DNA of 64,000 nucleotides from a virus: IMG/VR virus record IMGVR_UViG_3300050343_000216, positions 11,300 to 75,299 of that record; one strand, 5' to 3'. Shown piece by piece: positions 45,100 to 53,813 of this stretch (position 1 is its first letter; each line of letters starts with the position of its first letter). The notes under the pieces were generated by a model. It saw only the letters and a program-made list of their open reading frames with translations, ran no database searches and was not told where the DNA came from. The position numbers and the translations under genes were made by a program.

Positions 45100-45367
45100 G
45101 CTTCATTCTCCTCTTCGACTTTGTAAAAGTTTTAACCATAGTCGGCTTACCCCCTGGGTTACCTGCAGCTCTTTTGCGTCGTATTGCAGATCGTCTTTCT
45201 GCAGGTGTCATACTAGCAGCTTTTGAGGCTGGAACACACTTTGGATATTTACCTTTTTTAGACGTCTTACGCCCACAAGGCATATACCCCCCGCCCTTTT
45301 TGGGGCGGGAGATATCTACCCAGCTTTCTTTAAACCACTTGGTTAAACCACCCTTCGGCTTTGCCAT
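45077..45367 (-). CDS. small highly basic protein
   Basis: GL.KWF.E.WVD..CG..YPKCVP. Confidence 0.75.
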   Translation of the reverse strand: MAKPKGGLTKWFKESWVDISRPKKGGGYMPCGRKTSKKGKYPKCVPASKAASMTPAERRSAIRRKRAAGNPGGKPTMVKTFTKSKRRMKRGGKKKR

Positions 45368-45453
45368 TAGATTTTGTCCATAATGGGCTTACCAAATTTA
45401 ACCCAACCCCAGTGAGCTGCCATACCTACTGCAATTCCAAGAATAAAGTCCAT
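45367..45453 (-). CDS. 28 aa membrane peptide
   Basis: MDFILGIAVGMAAHWGWVKFGKPIMDKI, TAATG-coupled on both sides. Confidence 0.6.
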   Translation of the reverse strand: MDFILGIAVGMAAHWGWVKFGKPIMDKI

Positions 45454-45617
45454 TACTTTTTTCCTCGCTTTTTCTTCAAAATTGCTTTTTGAAGAGCCAT
45501 TGGCAGTTTCTTCTGCTTTGCGGTTAAACCCATGGACTTTTTCTTCTTTCCACCCTTTTTTGCTGCTTTAGAAGGACGCCCTCTTTTTTTACCGTAAGTT
45601 CCTTTACCTGCTGGCAT
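45453..45617 (-). CDS. 54 aa lysine-rich protein with AT-hook-like KRGRP
   Basis: MPAGKGTYGKKRGRPSKAAKKGGKKKK..., TAATG-coupled; absent from the ORF track. Confidence 0.7.
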   Translation of the reverse strand: MPAGKGTYGKKRGRPSKAAKKGGKKKKSMGLTAKQKKLPMALQKAILKKKRGKK

Positions 45618-45802
45618 TATTTACTCCCCATGCGGTACTTACCGCCTTTGGCTTTGTAAGTTTTTACAAGCCATCCATTTGCGTAAGCTGAAGGATATAC
45701 TGCAAACTTACGCTTCGCTTGAGCTTTTACTCTTGCGTAAAGCTTTTTGTTTGTGGGAACTGGCTTCTTTTTTGCTGCTTTTCTACGCCGCCTTGCTGCC
45801 AT
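45617..45802 (-). CDS. small highly basic protein
   Basis: P.NKKLY..VK..YPSAYA..YK.KGGKY. Confidence 0.75.
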   Translation of the reverse strand: MAARRRRKAAKKKPVPTNKKLYARVKAQAKRKFAVYPSAYANGWLVKTYKAKGGKYRMGSK

Positions 45803-45812
45803 TTACAGTCTC

Positions 45813-46130
45813 TTAAGCTGCCCAAGGCTGCCCTGACCCCGTTGTTGGAGTGATTTTTTCTGTAAGTTGAGCATCAAGACTTGCTTCAAGACGAGTGACT
45901 TCATCACTGCCAAGTGCCGCTTTTGCCCAAGCAATTGCATCTGCTTGAGTAACCTTTGCCCATTCGATGAAAGTATCTCCAGGATCTGCTAGTCCAACAG
46001 TTCCGTATACTTCAACTACATCGTCTCCTTGAGTTTTTGTAACTCTCCAATGAACCGTTCCGACAACGTTTGTTTTGCCTCCGGAAGAGACGGCGTAATC
46101 AAGAGCTGCTACTGTCCATACGTGTGACAT
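45813..46130 (-). CDS. fibre-associated small protein
   Basis: VHWR..YG..WAK..LG..G.PW; follows fibre genes. Confidence 0.6.
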   Translation of the reverse strand: MSHVWTVAALDYAVSSGGKTNVVGTVHWRVTKTQGDDVVEVYGTVGLADPGDTFIEWAKVTQADAIAWAKAALGSDEVTRLEASLDAQLTEKITPTTGSGQPWAA

Positions 46131-46133
46131 ACT

Positions 46134-46391
46134 TTATTCTCCTGGTTTATTTGCTTCTAAATGTGCCTTATAAGCATTAACAACTGTTTCAGTGTGTACT
46201 GCTGCGCAAATCCCTTTTACTTCTGCACTTTCACTTGAAGTGTCCGCACCTGGGTCAATTACGCGCCTATGAAAAGACCGTGAAATTTCTTTATCGTCCT
46301 TTAAAATAACTGTTGCAGTTCGTACTTGTACGTGCTTGAACTGTCCTACAACTTCGATTTTATCTTCTTCTGTTTTTTCTGTTAAAGACAT
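46134..46391 (-). CDS. fibre-associated small protein
   Basis: AGGAG RBS; DKIEVV..VQVR..ISRSFHR. Confidence 0.65.
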   Translation of the reverse strand: MSLTEKTEEDKIEVVGQFKHVQVRTATVILKDDKEISRSFHRRVIDPGADTSSESAEVKGICAAVHTETVVNAYKAHLEANKPGE

Positions 46392-46435
46392 TGTCTTTCT
46401 CCTTTTGTCCGCCCCAATCTCCGAGTGGGGTAATT

Positions 46436-47281
46436 TTAGTGTGCAGCTGTGTACCAAATTGTACCGGCTATTCTTCCAGTTGCATTTGATGGTAATGTCG
46501 TATGCCCATGGTTATGGGCACCACTCCACTTATACATTGTCATATATGAGTTGCCATTGCTTATCCAACCAGTAGTAAGTCCATTACCGCTTAGACTAGA
46601 ATCAAAAACCCAGGGTGTCCATGAACCCATTTGATATCTTTGTGTTCCAGTAGAATCGGTTCCTAATGACGATGCTGAAGCAGCTGCAAAGGGTAAAGTT
46701 ATAAATGTAGCTCCAGATTGATTAGAATTTGCGCTCAAAGTCATATCAACCCATACCATCACTATCCTGCCTATTTTTGTATATACACCTTGCCTAGAAG
46801 TATATGTCTGAGTACCATTTCCATAAGTTGGGCTATATGTACCTTCTTCGTAATCATCAAGAGCATTTGCGGCGGCTGTGTCGCCGTTGAAGGTTAGGCC
46901 GTTAGCCGTTACGCGCATACGTTCTGTGTCATCAACATCAAGCCTAATATAACTACCAGCACCGCTATTACCTTTGTCAGCAGAAATAGCAAGAGCAGTG
47001 CCATCGCCTGCTGGGAAAATGCGGTGGTAAACACCGTTATAAGTACCTGCGTCAGTAATAAGCCTTATAGCGGGCTGGGGGCCAGAGCCTGACAGTGTTA
47101 CTAGGTCTGCTGGATTAGTAGTGCCCACACCCACATATTCACTAGAATTAATCGTGATTGCAGTCGCATCAGCATTGTCATCAATACCAGTCGAACTAAA
47201 GTTTGTTAAAGGATAGCTAAGATCCGCAGCAACAACAGTGTTTGCCGGAATTGCTAAACTATTAAGTTTTGTGATCGCCAT
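46436..47281 (-). CDS. tail fibre-like protein
   Basis: TGIDDNADATAITI and NALDDYEEGT modules. Confidence 0.72.
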   Translation of the reverse strand: MAITKLNSLAIPANTVVAADLSYPLTNFSSTGIDDNADATAITINSSEYVGVGTTNPADLVTLSGSGPQPAIRLITDAGTYNGVYHRIFPAGDGTALAISADKGNSGAGSYIRLDVDDTERMRVTANGLTFNGDTAAANALDDYEEGTYSPTYGNGTQTYTSRQGVYTKIGRIVMVWVDMTLSANSNQSGATFITLPFAAASASSLGTDSTGTQRYQMGSWTPWVFDSSLSGNGLTTGWISNGNSYMTMYKWSGAHNHGHTTLPSNATGRIAGTIWYTAAH

Positions 47282-47303
47282 TACTTATTTCCTTAATACC
47301 TTT

Positions 47304-47840
47304 TTATAAAGGCGTGGGCCAGTCACTAATAGGAGCCTTTTTAGGATTCTTTTCATCGCCGGTATCATAAAGAGCCATAAACTCAGTAAGATTTGAGCAA
47401 GCCTTAATTGAAGTCTCAATTTTATTTGAAGCAGTACGAACTGCTGCACGATAAGTTGAAACATCTGAAGGAACATTATAATCTGAGACTTCTGCCGCTT
47501 TTACTACCATCCAATCAGTTTCAGAAAGCAAATCATTTGCTTGCGCTTTCGCAGTATTAATTGCTTCTGATTTGAGTCCAAGAGTAACGACTTGCTTTCC
47601 ATCAGGGCCCATCAAAGCCTTTCCATCTTCATCCACTTCATTTTTATCGTCGAGAGCTTTCTCAACCCCTGCTGACCAATAAAAATGTGAATCGAAGGGA
47701 GCAGGATCATCTTCCCACTTCAACCCCGCATCTGTTTTTTCTTTATCTGACCAACTCATCCAGTTTGTAGGATGTGTTACGCCATTTGAATCTACCCAAG
47801 ATCTTCCTGGGCGAATTACATTTTTTTCATATAAATACAT
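47304..47840 (-). CDS. fibre assembly chaperone-like protein
   Basis: LL..TDW.V....YR.AVR...WP pattern. Confidence 0.6.
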   Translation of the reverse strand: MYLYEKNVIRPGRSWVDSNGVTHPTNWMSWSDKEKTDAGLKWEDDPAPFDSHFYWSAGVEKALDDKNEVDEDGKALMGPDGKQVVTLGLKSEAINTAKAQANDLLSETDWMVVKAAEVSDYNVPSDVSTYRAAVRTASNKIETSIKACSNLTEFMALYDTGDEKNPKKAPISDWPTPL

Positions 47841-47851
47841 TAAATTTCTCC

Positions 47852-50266
47852 TTACCTTGCGTTGGCGTATTTTTGGGGCATCTCTGCGAATGCTATGTAA
47901 ATGTAAGTGCCAGCAGATGCGTTTTGGTCTAGCCATCCTGATCCACCTTTACGTAGCTTGAATCCATTTGAAAGCATATCCCAGCGGATATAATTTGCGT
48001 TTTCAGCGTAGTTTTCGTTAGCATATATAGTTGCGGCGGCAACATTGTGAGGATCACGTTTGTTGTCTAACAAGACCCAGTTATTCCCTGCGTCCGTTCT
48101 TTTAACCATCACAAACGCTGGCCTAAACCCTGTGTAAATAAACAAGCCGTCATCAACTCCGTTGCCTGTGTAGCTACCGAACTTGCTGAATCCTTCAACG
48201 CTGTGGAAGCAGTAGGCCACCTGATTCGTACCGCCTGTAAAGGGGACATTGCTAAAAACTGAACTTGTTGGTGCTGTATAGCCGCTATCTGCTTTTGCAT
48301 TTGTGTTGTTAAGCTGAAAGTAATCCAGCGACCCATCTATTACAGTTGTGCCCGTCCACCAATAGCCACCGCTTGATAAGTTCCGACTCTTTTGAATTAC
48401 AAGTTGGGGCGTTGAAGATAAGCCGTGTCCAACAGTGCCAGCACTTGATCCGTTGTATGCAACAATACTAAACCCAGCATCAGTATTAGCAGACACGGTG
48501 GACGTAATAGTGCCGTCACTGTTGCTTACGCCTGAACCGCCAGCTTTTAGCGCCCATGCCACATAAGTCTCGTTGTTTGTATTTAAACTATAAGAACTTG
48601 AACTAGAGTAGGGGGCATCAATAGTGTTGTTGCTGTTCATGTTGAAGTCACCAAAACTATATTCTGCAATGGTGACGTTAGTGTTTAATCCAACGTCACC
48701 GCGCAACCTGTCAAATATTGTATGATTTGTTGAACTGCTACTGCGGTTTTTCATCCAAACAAAATCTACATCTAACCCTACATTAACGCTTTGGGTGTCC
48801 CCATTAGAACTGCCATTACCCGTGTACAACGCAGTATTAAAATGATCTTGTGGGCTGTTGTTTACAGCAGGGTTAAACGCCGCTACTGGAGCAGGCAGGT
48901 TAGCCGTACATAAGGCTAGGTAGCCTGCTGGTGGTGCGTAGTAGAAGTCACCAAGTCCGTTGGCGTCTGTGTTGCCTTGTGCTGTTTTGTTCCCAGCAAA
49001 ATCAGAGGCTTGACCAAAATTAACTACGCCTGTTACACCGTAATCTCCAACAAGAAACCACAAAGTACCGTCACTTGGAAGGGCAATTGTTGCTCCATTA
49101 CCTGTTTGAAGTGTTCCGTTTTTAGTAAATGTTAATTGGTTATTATCCCTATCAACGAGAGCCTGAATAACTGTTCCAGATGGAACTGTAATTGACCCTT
49201 GCCTTCCACCGTTTTCAACAAAAGTTTGTCCATAACCGGCTGCATCGTTTATTCCATAAAAACCCCTACCGGAAGTAACCAAATGGGTATGTAAATAAGG
49301 AAAAGCCGCTGTGCTTATAACCCCAATCGTGTTGTAATTTGAATTTGTTGGCGTTGTGCTAAACCAGCATTCAATAATATATTTGCCCGTTGAAGGTATA
49401 GCGATGGTTGCCTGCCCATATTTATATGCATTACTTATAGTCCATTTAAGGTCTCCTTCAGACATTGTTGCTTTATTCGTCTCAATAGAATTCAACGTAG
49501 CAAAGTTATTCGTCGGGCTATCAAGCATCCAAGACACTGCCGCTACGCCTACGCTTGTCCAGTTGTTTCCTTGACCTGAAGCGTCGATAGGATTAGTCGC
49601 TCTGGTAGCGAAATCTAAGTAGTAATCGTGACTGCCATAACTGCCTGCGTACTTCTTAGGAATCCATGTGTCTGCCTTGGTTTCGCCAAAGCTGGTGGGC
49701 GCTAATTGGGATCCGCTAATGTAATTAACTTCAGTTATGTAAAAGTTAGAATAGACGTTTTGGTTGTAGGCGTTTCTACCGATATCCTGCACTTCGGTAG
49801 TTCCAATGCGACTACCCAATCCTTGGGCTGGATACTGAGCAGAAGCAAAGGAAGTTTCTTGCTCGCCATTGACGTATATTTTAATTCTGTTGGATGCCGT
49901 TCCTTGAGTGGAGTCATATGCCACAACAATGTGATACCAAGCGGCTGGATCGCGGAACTGCTTGGAGGTGATTACTTGAATTTCTGTACTACCGTTCCAC
50001 TGGTACACGTTTAGTCTTTGGTTTGTGCTATCAAAATAAATAAGAAATTCTCTAGTACTCGCAACGCCTGCACTCAGTAAGTACCCTCCGGTGGTTACGC
50101 CCCAATTTTTTACCCAAGCACTCCATGTAAATGTATCCGCATTACTGCTAGACGAGGGTGTTCTTGTGTAAAGCGTGCCGTTATTTAGGCGCGCACAGTT
50201 ACCTATCTCATGCGGATAAAAGTACGGTGAGTACATCCATTGCTGTGAACCGAAGGGACCTGACAT
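47852..50266 (-). CDS. LamG/ConA-like plus SPRY-like lectin virion protein
   Basis: FT.S.WVK, RDP.AWYHIV, DSPTNNF.TLN, NFGQ, YTGNG repeats. Confidence 0.75.
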   Translation of the reverse strand: MSGPFGSQQWMYSPYFYPHEIGNCARLNNGTLYTRTPSSSSNADTFTWSAWVKNWGVTTGGYLLSAGVASTREFLIYFDSTNQRLNVYQWNGSTEIQVITSKQFRDPAAWYHIVVAYDSTQGTASNRIKIYVNGEQETSFASAQYPAQGLGSRIGTTEVQDIGRNAYNQNVYSNFYITEVNYISGSQLAPTSFGETKADTWIPKKYAGSYGSHDYYLDFATRATNPIDASGQGNNWTSVGVAAVSWMLDSPTNNFATLNSIETNKATMSEGDLKWTISNAYKYGQATIAIPSTGKYIIECWFSTTPTNSNYNTIGVISTAAFPYLHTHLVTSGRGFYGINDAAGYGQTFVENGGRQGSITVPSGTVIQALVDRDNNQLTFTKNGTLQTGNGATIALPSDGTLWFLVGDYGVTGVVNFGQASDFAGNKTAQGNTDANGLGDFYYAPPAGYLALCTANLPAPVAAFNPAVNNSPQDHFNTALYTGNGSSNGDTQSVNVGLDVDFVWMKNRSSSSTNHTIFDRLRGDVGLNTNVTIAEYSFGDFNMNSNNTIDAPYSSSSSYSLNTNNETYVAWALKAGGSGVSNSDGTITSTVSANTDAGFSIVAYNGSSAGTVGHGLSSTPQLVIQKSRNLSSGGYWWTGTTVIDGSLDYFQLNNTNAKADSGYTAPTSSVFSNVPFTGGTNQVAYCFHSVEGFSKFGSYTGNGVDDGLFIYTGFRPAFVMVKRTDAGNNWVLLDNKRDPHNVAAATIYANENYAENANYIRWDMLSNGFKLRKGGSGWLDQNASAGTYIYIAFAEMPQKYANAR

Positions 50267-50275
50267 AGTTTATCC

Positions 50276-50689
50276 TTAACTAAACGCGAGCTGAGGGGCG
50301 CCTAACAAAATACGTCCCGATGCAGCAACAATATAAGGCACAATATCCGTGGTCGATGCGGCAGAAGACAAGGTAAGTCCTGCCCCACCCGTAGTCTCAT
50401 AGTCAGTGCCGAGAGACACCGTTCGACTTCCTGTGCCATCCTGAATAAACACGATAAACCCAGACTGGCCTACAGCTTCAGTTGTAGGATTTGCTAACGT
50501 AACATTACCTGTCAATGTAAGTACAAAGTTTTGATAGGTAGCAAAATCAAGAGTAGTTGAGCCCGAAGCATTCGCAGTTTGAGTAGCTGCAGTTGCACTT
50601 TTACTGATAGAAACAGTACCCGCATCGGCAATAACAAAAGCTGCATTTGCAGTTTTGCTTTGAAGATTTTGTACATTAAGAGTAGACAT
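50276..50689 (-). CDS. virion structural protein
   Basis: TLTGN.TLANPT..GQSG..QD.TGSRT. Confidence 0.65.
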   Translation of the reverse strand: MSTLNVQNLQSKTANAAFVIADAGTVSISKSATAATQTANASGSTTLDFATYQNFVLTLTGNVTLANPTTEAVGQSGFIVFIQDGTGSRTVSLGTDYETTGGAGLTLSSAASTTDIVPYIVAASGRILLGAPQLAFS

Positions 50690-50698
50690 TTTTATTCC

Positions 50699-51247
50699 TT
50701 AAATAATTTTCCATTGCGCCCCGTTTGCTACTGTTACTGCTGAGCCATTAGCGATAGAAATTGGTCCTGTGGACATAGCATTATCAGTTCCAGCAATAGT
50801 TGTATTTGTAGAAACTGTTTGTGCATGAGTTAAAATGGGGGCACTAAGAGAAACTAGCTTGCTACTTGCAATTGTAATTGCTGTAGCCGTAGCATTGTCA
50901 TCAATACCGGTTGAAGAAAAATTGGTTAGTGGGTAACTTAGTTGAGTCTCCCCTACAGTATTATCAGCAGGAGTACCAATACTCAATACATCTCCGAGTA
51001 CTAAAATATAATCAATAGAATCATTCGAAGTTAGTGCACTTGCAAAAACAATTGTGGATCCAGATACTGAATATGCAGTATCGGGCGCCTGGGTAACACC
51101 GTTTAGAGAAACAATAAGATTTCGTGCACTTGCAGGAAAATACGCAGTGCTATTGCGTGTAAGGTTAAAAGTCGCCGTCGCAGAAGTCGTAATACTATCA
51201 AGAAGTATAAAATTTCCTGCTTTTGGCTGTTTACCTATAAATGCCAT
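50699..51247 (-). CDS. virion structural protein
   Basis: VSLNGVTQ.P repeat plus TGIDDNA module. Confidence 0.65.
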   Translation of the reverse strand: MAFIGKQPKAGNFILLDSITTSATATFNLTRNSTAYFPASARNLIVSLNGVTQAPDTAYSVSGSTIVFASALTSNDSIDYILVLGDVLSIGTPADNTVGETQLSYPLTNFSSTGIDDNATATAITIASSKLVSLSAPILTHAQTVSTNTTIAGTDNAMSTGPISIANGSAVTVANGAQWKII

Positions 51248-51261
51248 TATTTAGTCTCCAA

Positions 51262-52626
51262 TCAAATCGCCGCAATAATAAAGGCTAGTAACTCTGAATA
51301 ACGTATACCCATACGGCTTTTTTGTTCGCCAGTTTCCTCATCTTTCCAAGAGTCGTAGGTAAACATTCCATACCGCCCTGCGTCTAAACTTTCGGCTTCA
51401 AACGCGGCTTTTAAATCTTGGGCGACAATTCCAAAATGGATGCGAGCTACTTCGTCACTATCTGAGTTATTATCTTTTGCCGCCACAGCATCTTTCCATC
51501 GATATTTACGCAAAAGTCCTTTTGCTGCCACAGCTACACGCTTTTCTGCATCCGTTGGTGCTTCGATATCCTGCTTTTCATTGCGATCTGAAGTGTTTAT
51601 ACTCCCCGTACCCGCATAGACAGTGTGGAATCGAGCACTAGTTTGACCTAAGTATACTGCGTTATCTCTTGGTACTCCTAGCTCTTTGCAGGGAAAAACT
51701 GCGTTTGCGCTATCAACAAACCGCAACCCAGCATCCCCTTGCTGTATATAAATACTGTCGCTGTCCTTATCGCCAATAGCCCCTACAGTACTGTTATTTC
51801 TAAGAAAAATAATATGATCGCCGCTATTGGTAAGCCTATTACTCACAATTGTTCTTGCTCCGCTCTTGCAGAAAGACGCGTCCCCTCCCTCATTAATCCG
51901 AACACCTGTACTACTATTGTTCTCTGCGGTTTTTCCAACTAGCACTGTACCGTTTGAGGTAAGACGCATACGCTCTTGCAAGCCATCACTGTCGAAAGTA
52001 TGAAACTCTATAGCGCCCCCACTAGCGTCTGTATTAAGTCTTGCTCTTACTGTATCTTTACCTTCATAACAAAAATCTAGAGAGGCTTCATAACCGCTCC
52101 CTCCGCCGTTGACAATTTTTACTCGAGAAGAGTGACTACTATTATCTTCTCGTCCAACTAATAAATGGCCGAAATGATTTAGTTGCATATGGTTGTAAAA
52201 TGTAGTATCATCTCTTGTATAAAACTTTAAACAAGCTTCTCGTGCACTAACATCTGTCCAATTACTTCGAATTGCGGAACCGTAAGCTGAAGTGCTTCCT
52301 GAGTAGTATCCACCAAAATTAATTGAAGCATGGTCATCGCCGTCGGCGGGGCTGGCACTGAAATGCAGTAAATCAACTTGAGCGCCCCCGGCTCCTGAGT
52401 TTGTTGATGTAACTCTTATCGCGTCTCCACTTCCATTGATATGTAAAAGAGCTGCGGGAGAAGCGGTACCAATACCTACTTTCTCTGAACTATCAATTGT
52501 AATAGCAGTCGCATCAGCATTGTCATCAATACCAGTTGAAGAAAAGGTTGTAAGCGGGTAAGTAAGATCCGCGGCAACGATAGTGCCTGCGGGTACACCT
52601 AATGAGTTGATGGTTGTACGAGCCAT
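51262..52626 (-). CDS. tail fibre with C-terminal intramolecular chaperone (peptidase S74)
   Basis: INTSDRNEKQDI..HFGIVAQ..RYSELLAFII. Confidence 0.85.
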   Translation of the reverse strand: MARTTINSLGVPAGTIVAADLTYPLTTFSSTGIDDNADATAITIDSSEKVGIGTASPAALLHINGSGDAIRVTSTNSGAGGAQVDLLHFSASPADGDDHASINFGGYYSGSTSAYGSAIRSNWTDVSAREACLKFYTRDDTTFYNHMQLNHFGHLLVGREDNSSHSSRVKIVNGGGSGYEASLDFCYEGKDTVRARLNTDASGGAIEFHTFDSDGLQERMRLTSNGTVLVGKTAENNSSTGVRINEGGDASFCKSGARTIVSNRLTNSGDHIIFLRNNSTVGAIGDKDSDSIYIQQGDAGLRFVDSANAVFPCKELGVPRDNAVYLGQTSARFHTVYAGTGSINTSDRNEKQDIEAPTDAEKRVAVAAKGLLRKYRWKDAVAAKDNNSDSDEVARIHFGIVAQDLKAAFEAESLDAGRYGMFTYDSWKDEETGEQKSRMGIRYSELLAFIIAAI

Positions 52627-52847
52627 TAGATACTTTCTGCCAGCATGAATCCCATAGTTACAACGAGACCCCCTAGAAAAATGATTGCTGCACCTGCTGC
52701 ATGAAGGATTTTTCCTTCTATTCGAGCAAGAGTTTCATCAATTTCTTCTAAACGATTGAATGTGGTTTTCCAACGCTCTTCGCACTGAGCATCGTGAGTT
52801 GCCATGAACAATTCAAGATCATGAACTTTATCTTCAAGATTCTCCAT
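52626..52847 (-). CDS. small coiled-coil protein with C-terminal TM segment
   Basis: H...CEERW..RL..IE followed by a hydrophobic tail. Confidence 0.6.
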   Translation of the reverse strand: MENLEDKVHDLELFMATHDAQCEERWKTTFNRLEEIDETLARIEGKILHAAGAAIIFLGGLVVTMGFMLAESI

Positions 52848-53295
52848 TTAACAATTTGTCCATCAACTTTCCATAGTTGCCTTGGCCAAAGGGAAGACTA
52901 CCATCATTTATTTGCACATTATTTTGAGTACGAATACTGGTAGTTGCTTTTTCTGCGTCCGTCTGGGCCTTGATCTCATCCATTCTCATCTTGTGAGCCA
53001 TCTGTAACAAGTCTGCCAAATCTTTGTTGGAGTACATACCTGTCTCCTGAGCCTCTTCAAGTTTGGATTGTATCATCTCGTCTAAGGCTGTGGCAATATT
53101 ATTTTTATTGCGAAATCCCATATCAAGATATACTGTGTCAATATACTTTTTAACTTCACGTTTATTTAAAGCTTCTACAACTCTGTTTTCAGAAACCTGG
53201 AGATGTTGGCAGACACCGCGAATATTCCCGAACTGCAAATATGAATTTGCAATTTCAAGTCCTTCTGGAGAAATTGTAGTTACTTCTTTACTCAT
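52834..53295 (-). CDS. terS: terminase small subunit, T5-like
   Basis: ISPEGLEIA..YL, KLEEA.E....S.KD, NY.KLM.KL; T5 synteny. Confidence 0.8.
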   Translation of the reverse strand: MSKEVTTISPEGLEIANSYLQFGNIRGVCQHLQVSENRVVEALNKREVKKYIDTVYLDMGFRNKNNIATALDEMIQSKLEEAQETGMYSNKDLADLLQMAHKMRMDEIKAQTDAEKATTSIRTQNNVQINDGSLPFGQGNYGKLMDKLLNGES

Positions 53296-53302
53296 AATGT
53301 GT

Positions 53303-53331
53303 ATTCTACCGTAAGAAGGTTAAAATGTCAA
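53303..53331 (-). promoter_or_regulatory. sigma70-type promoter
   Basis: TTGACA-17 bp-TAGAAT. Confidence 0.82.
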
Positions 53332-53355
53332 GAATTAATTTTGGAGTGGTATTAC

Positions 53356-53811
53356 TTAGGAGGCGTTGGCCAGGTCATAAATATCCGTCGTGCTTCCGCT
53401 ATATACAGTATCATTGTGAGTTAGTTCTTTATCATCATAGATTTTCTGAATATTTACAGAACTATCTGCTCTTTTTGTAGAGAAAGTAGTAGTTCCCGAA
53501 GCACTTTTTATTTCTAAGCCGTAATCCCCACTTCCGCTAATATTTGTAATAGTGGAAGTTTTTTTCGCTACAAAATAACTGATACTTTGTTCGGGCGTAA
53601 AAGTTTTTTGAGTGCTATTCGGGTAGGTAACAATTCCAAATAAGTTTGTGGAGGCTCTTGCAAAAATAAGATCAGACTGTGCAACAGTTATAGGACTTGA
53701 AGTTGTTATAGGGTCTCCATCTCTTGGACTTAAAACTTCTGCATCTCCAAAATTTTCAGAATCAAATATAAGTTGTCCGTTTGCCCCGTAAAATTCTAAA
53801 CCATATCCCAT
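53356..53811 (-). CDS. structural protein with YGL repeats (C-terminus possibly truncated)
   Basis: YGLEF...G..IFDS and YGLEI...G...FS. Confidence 0.55.
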   Translation of the reverse strand: MGYGLEFYGANGQLIFDSENFGDAEVLSPRDGDPITTSSPITVAQSDLIFARASTNLFGIVTYPNSTQKTFTPEQSISYFVAKKTSTITNISGSGDYGLEIKSASGTTTFSTKRADSSVNIQKIYDDKELTHNDTVYSGSTTDIYDLANAS

Positions 53812-53813
53812 CT

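Noticed and set aside
13880-52626. Diversity-generating retroelement or shufflon behind the fibre repeats
   Set aside because: No reverse transcriptase or invertase in the window; the repeats are short, same-strand and show no adenine-specific variation
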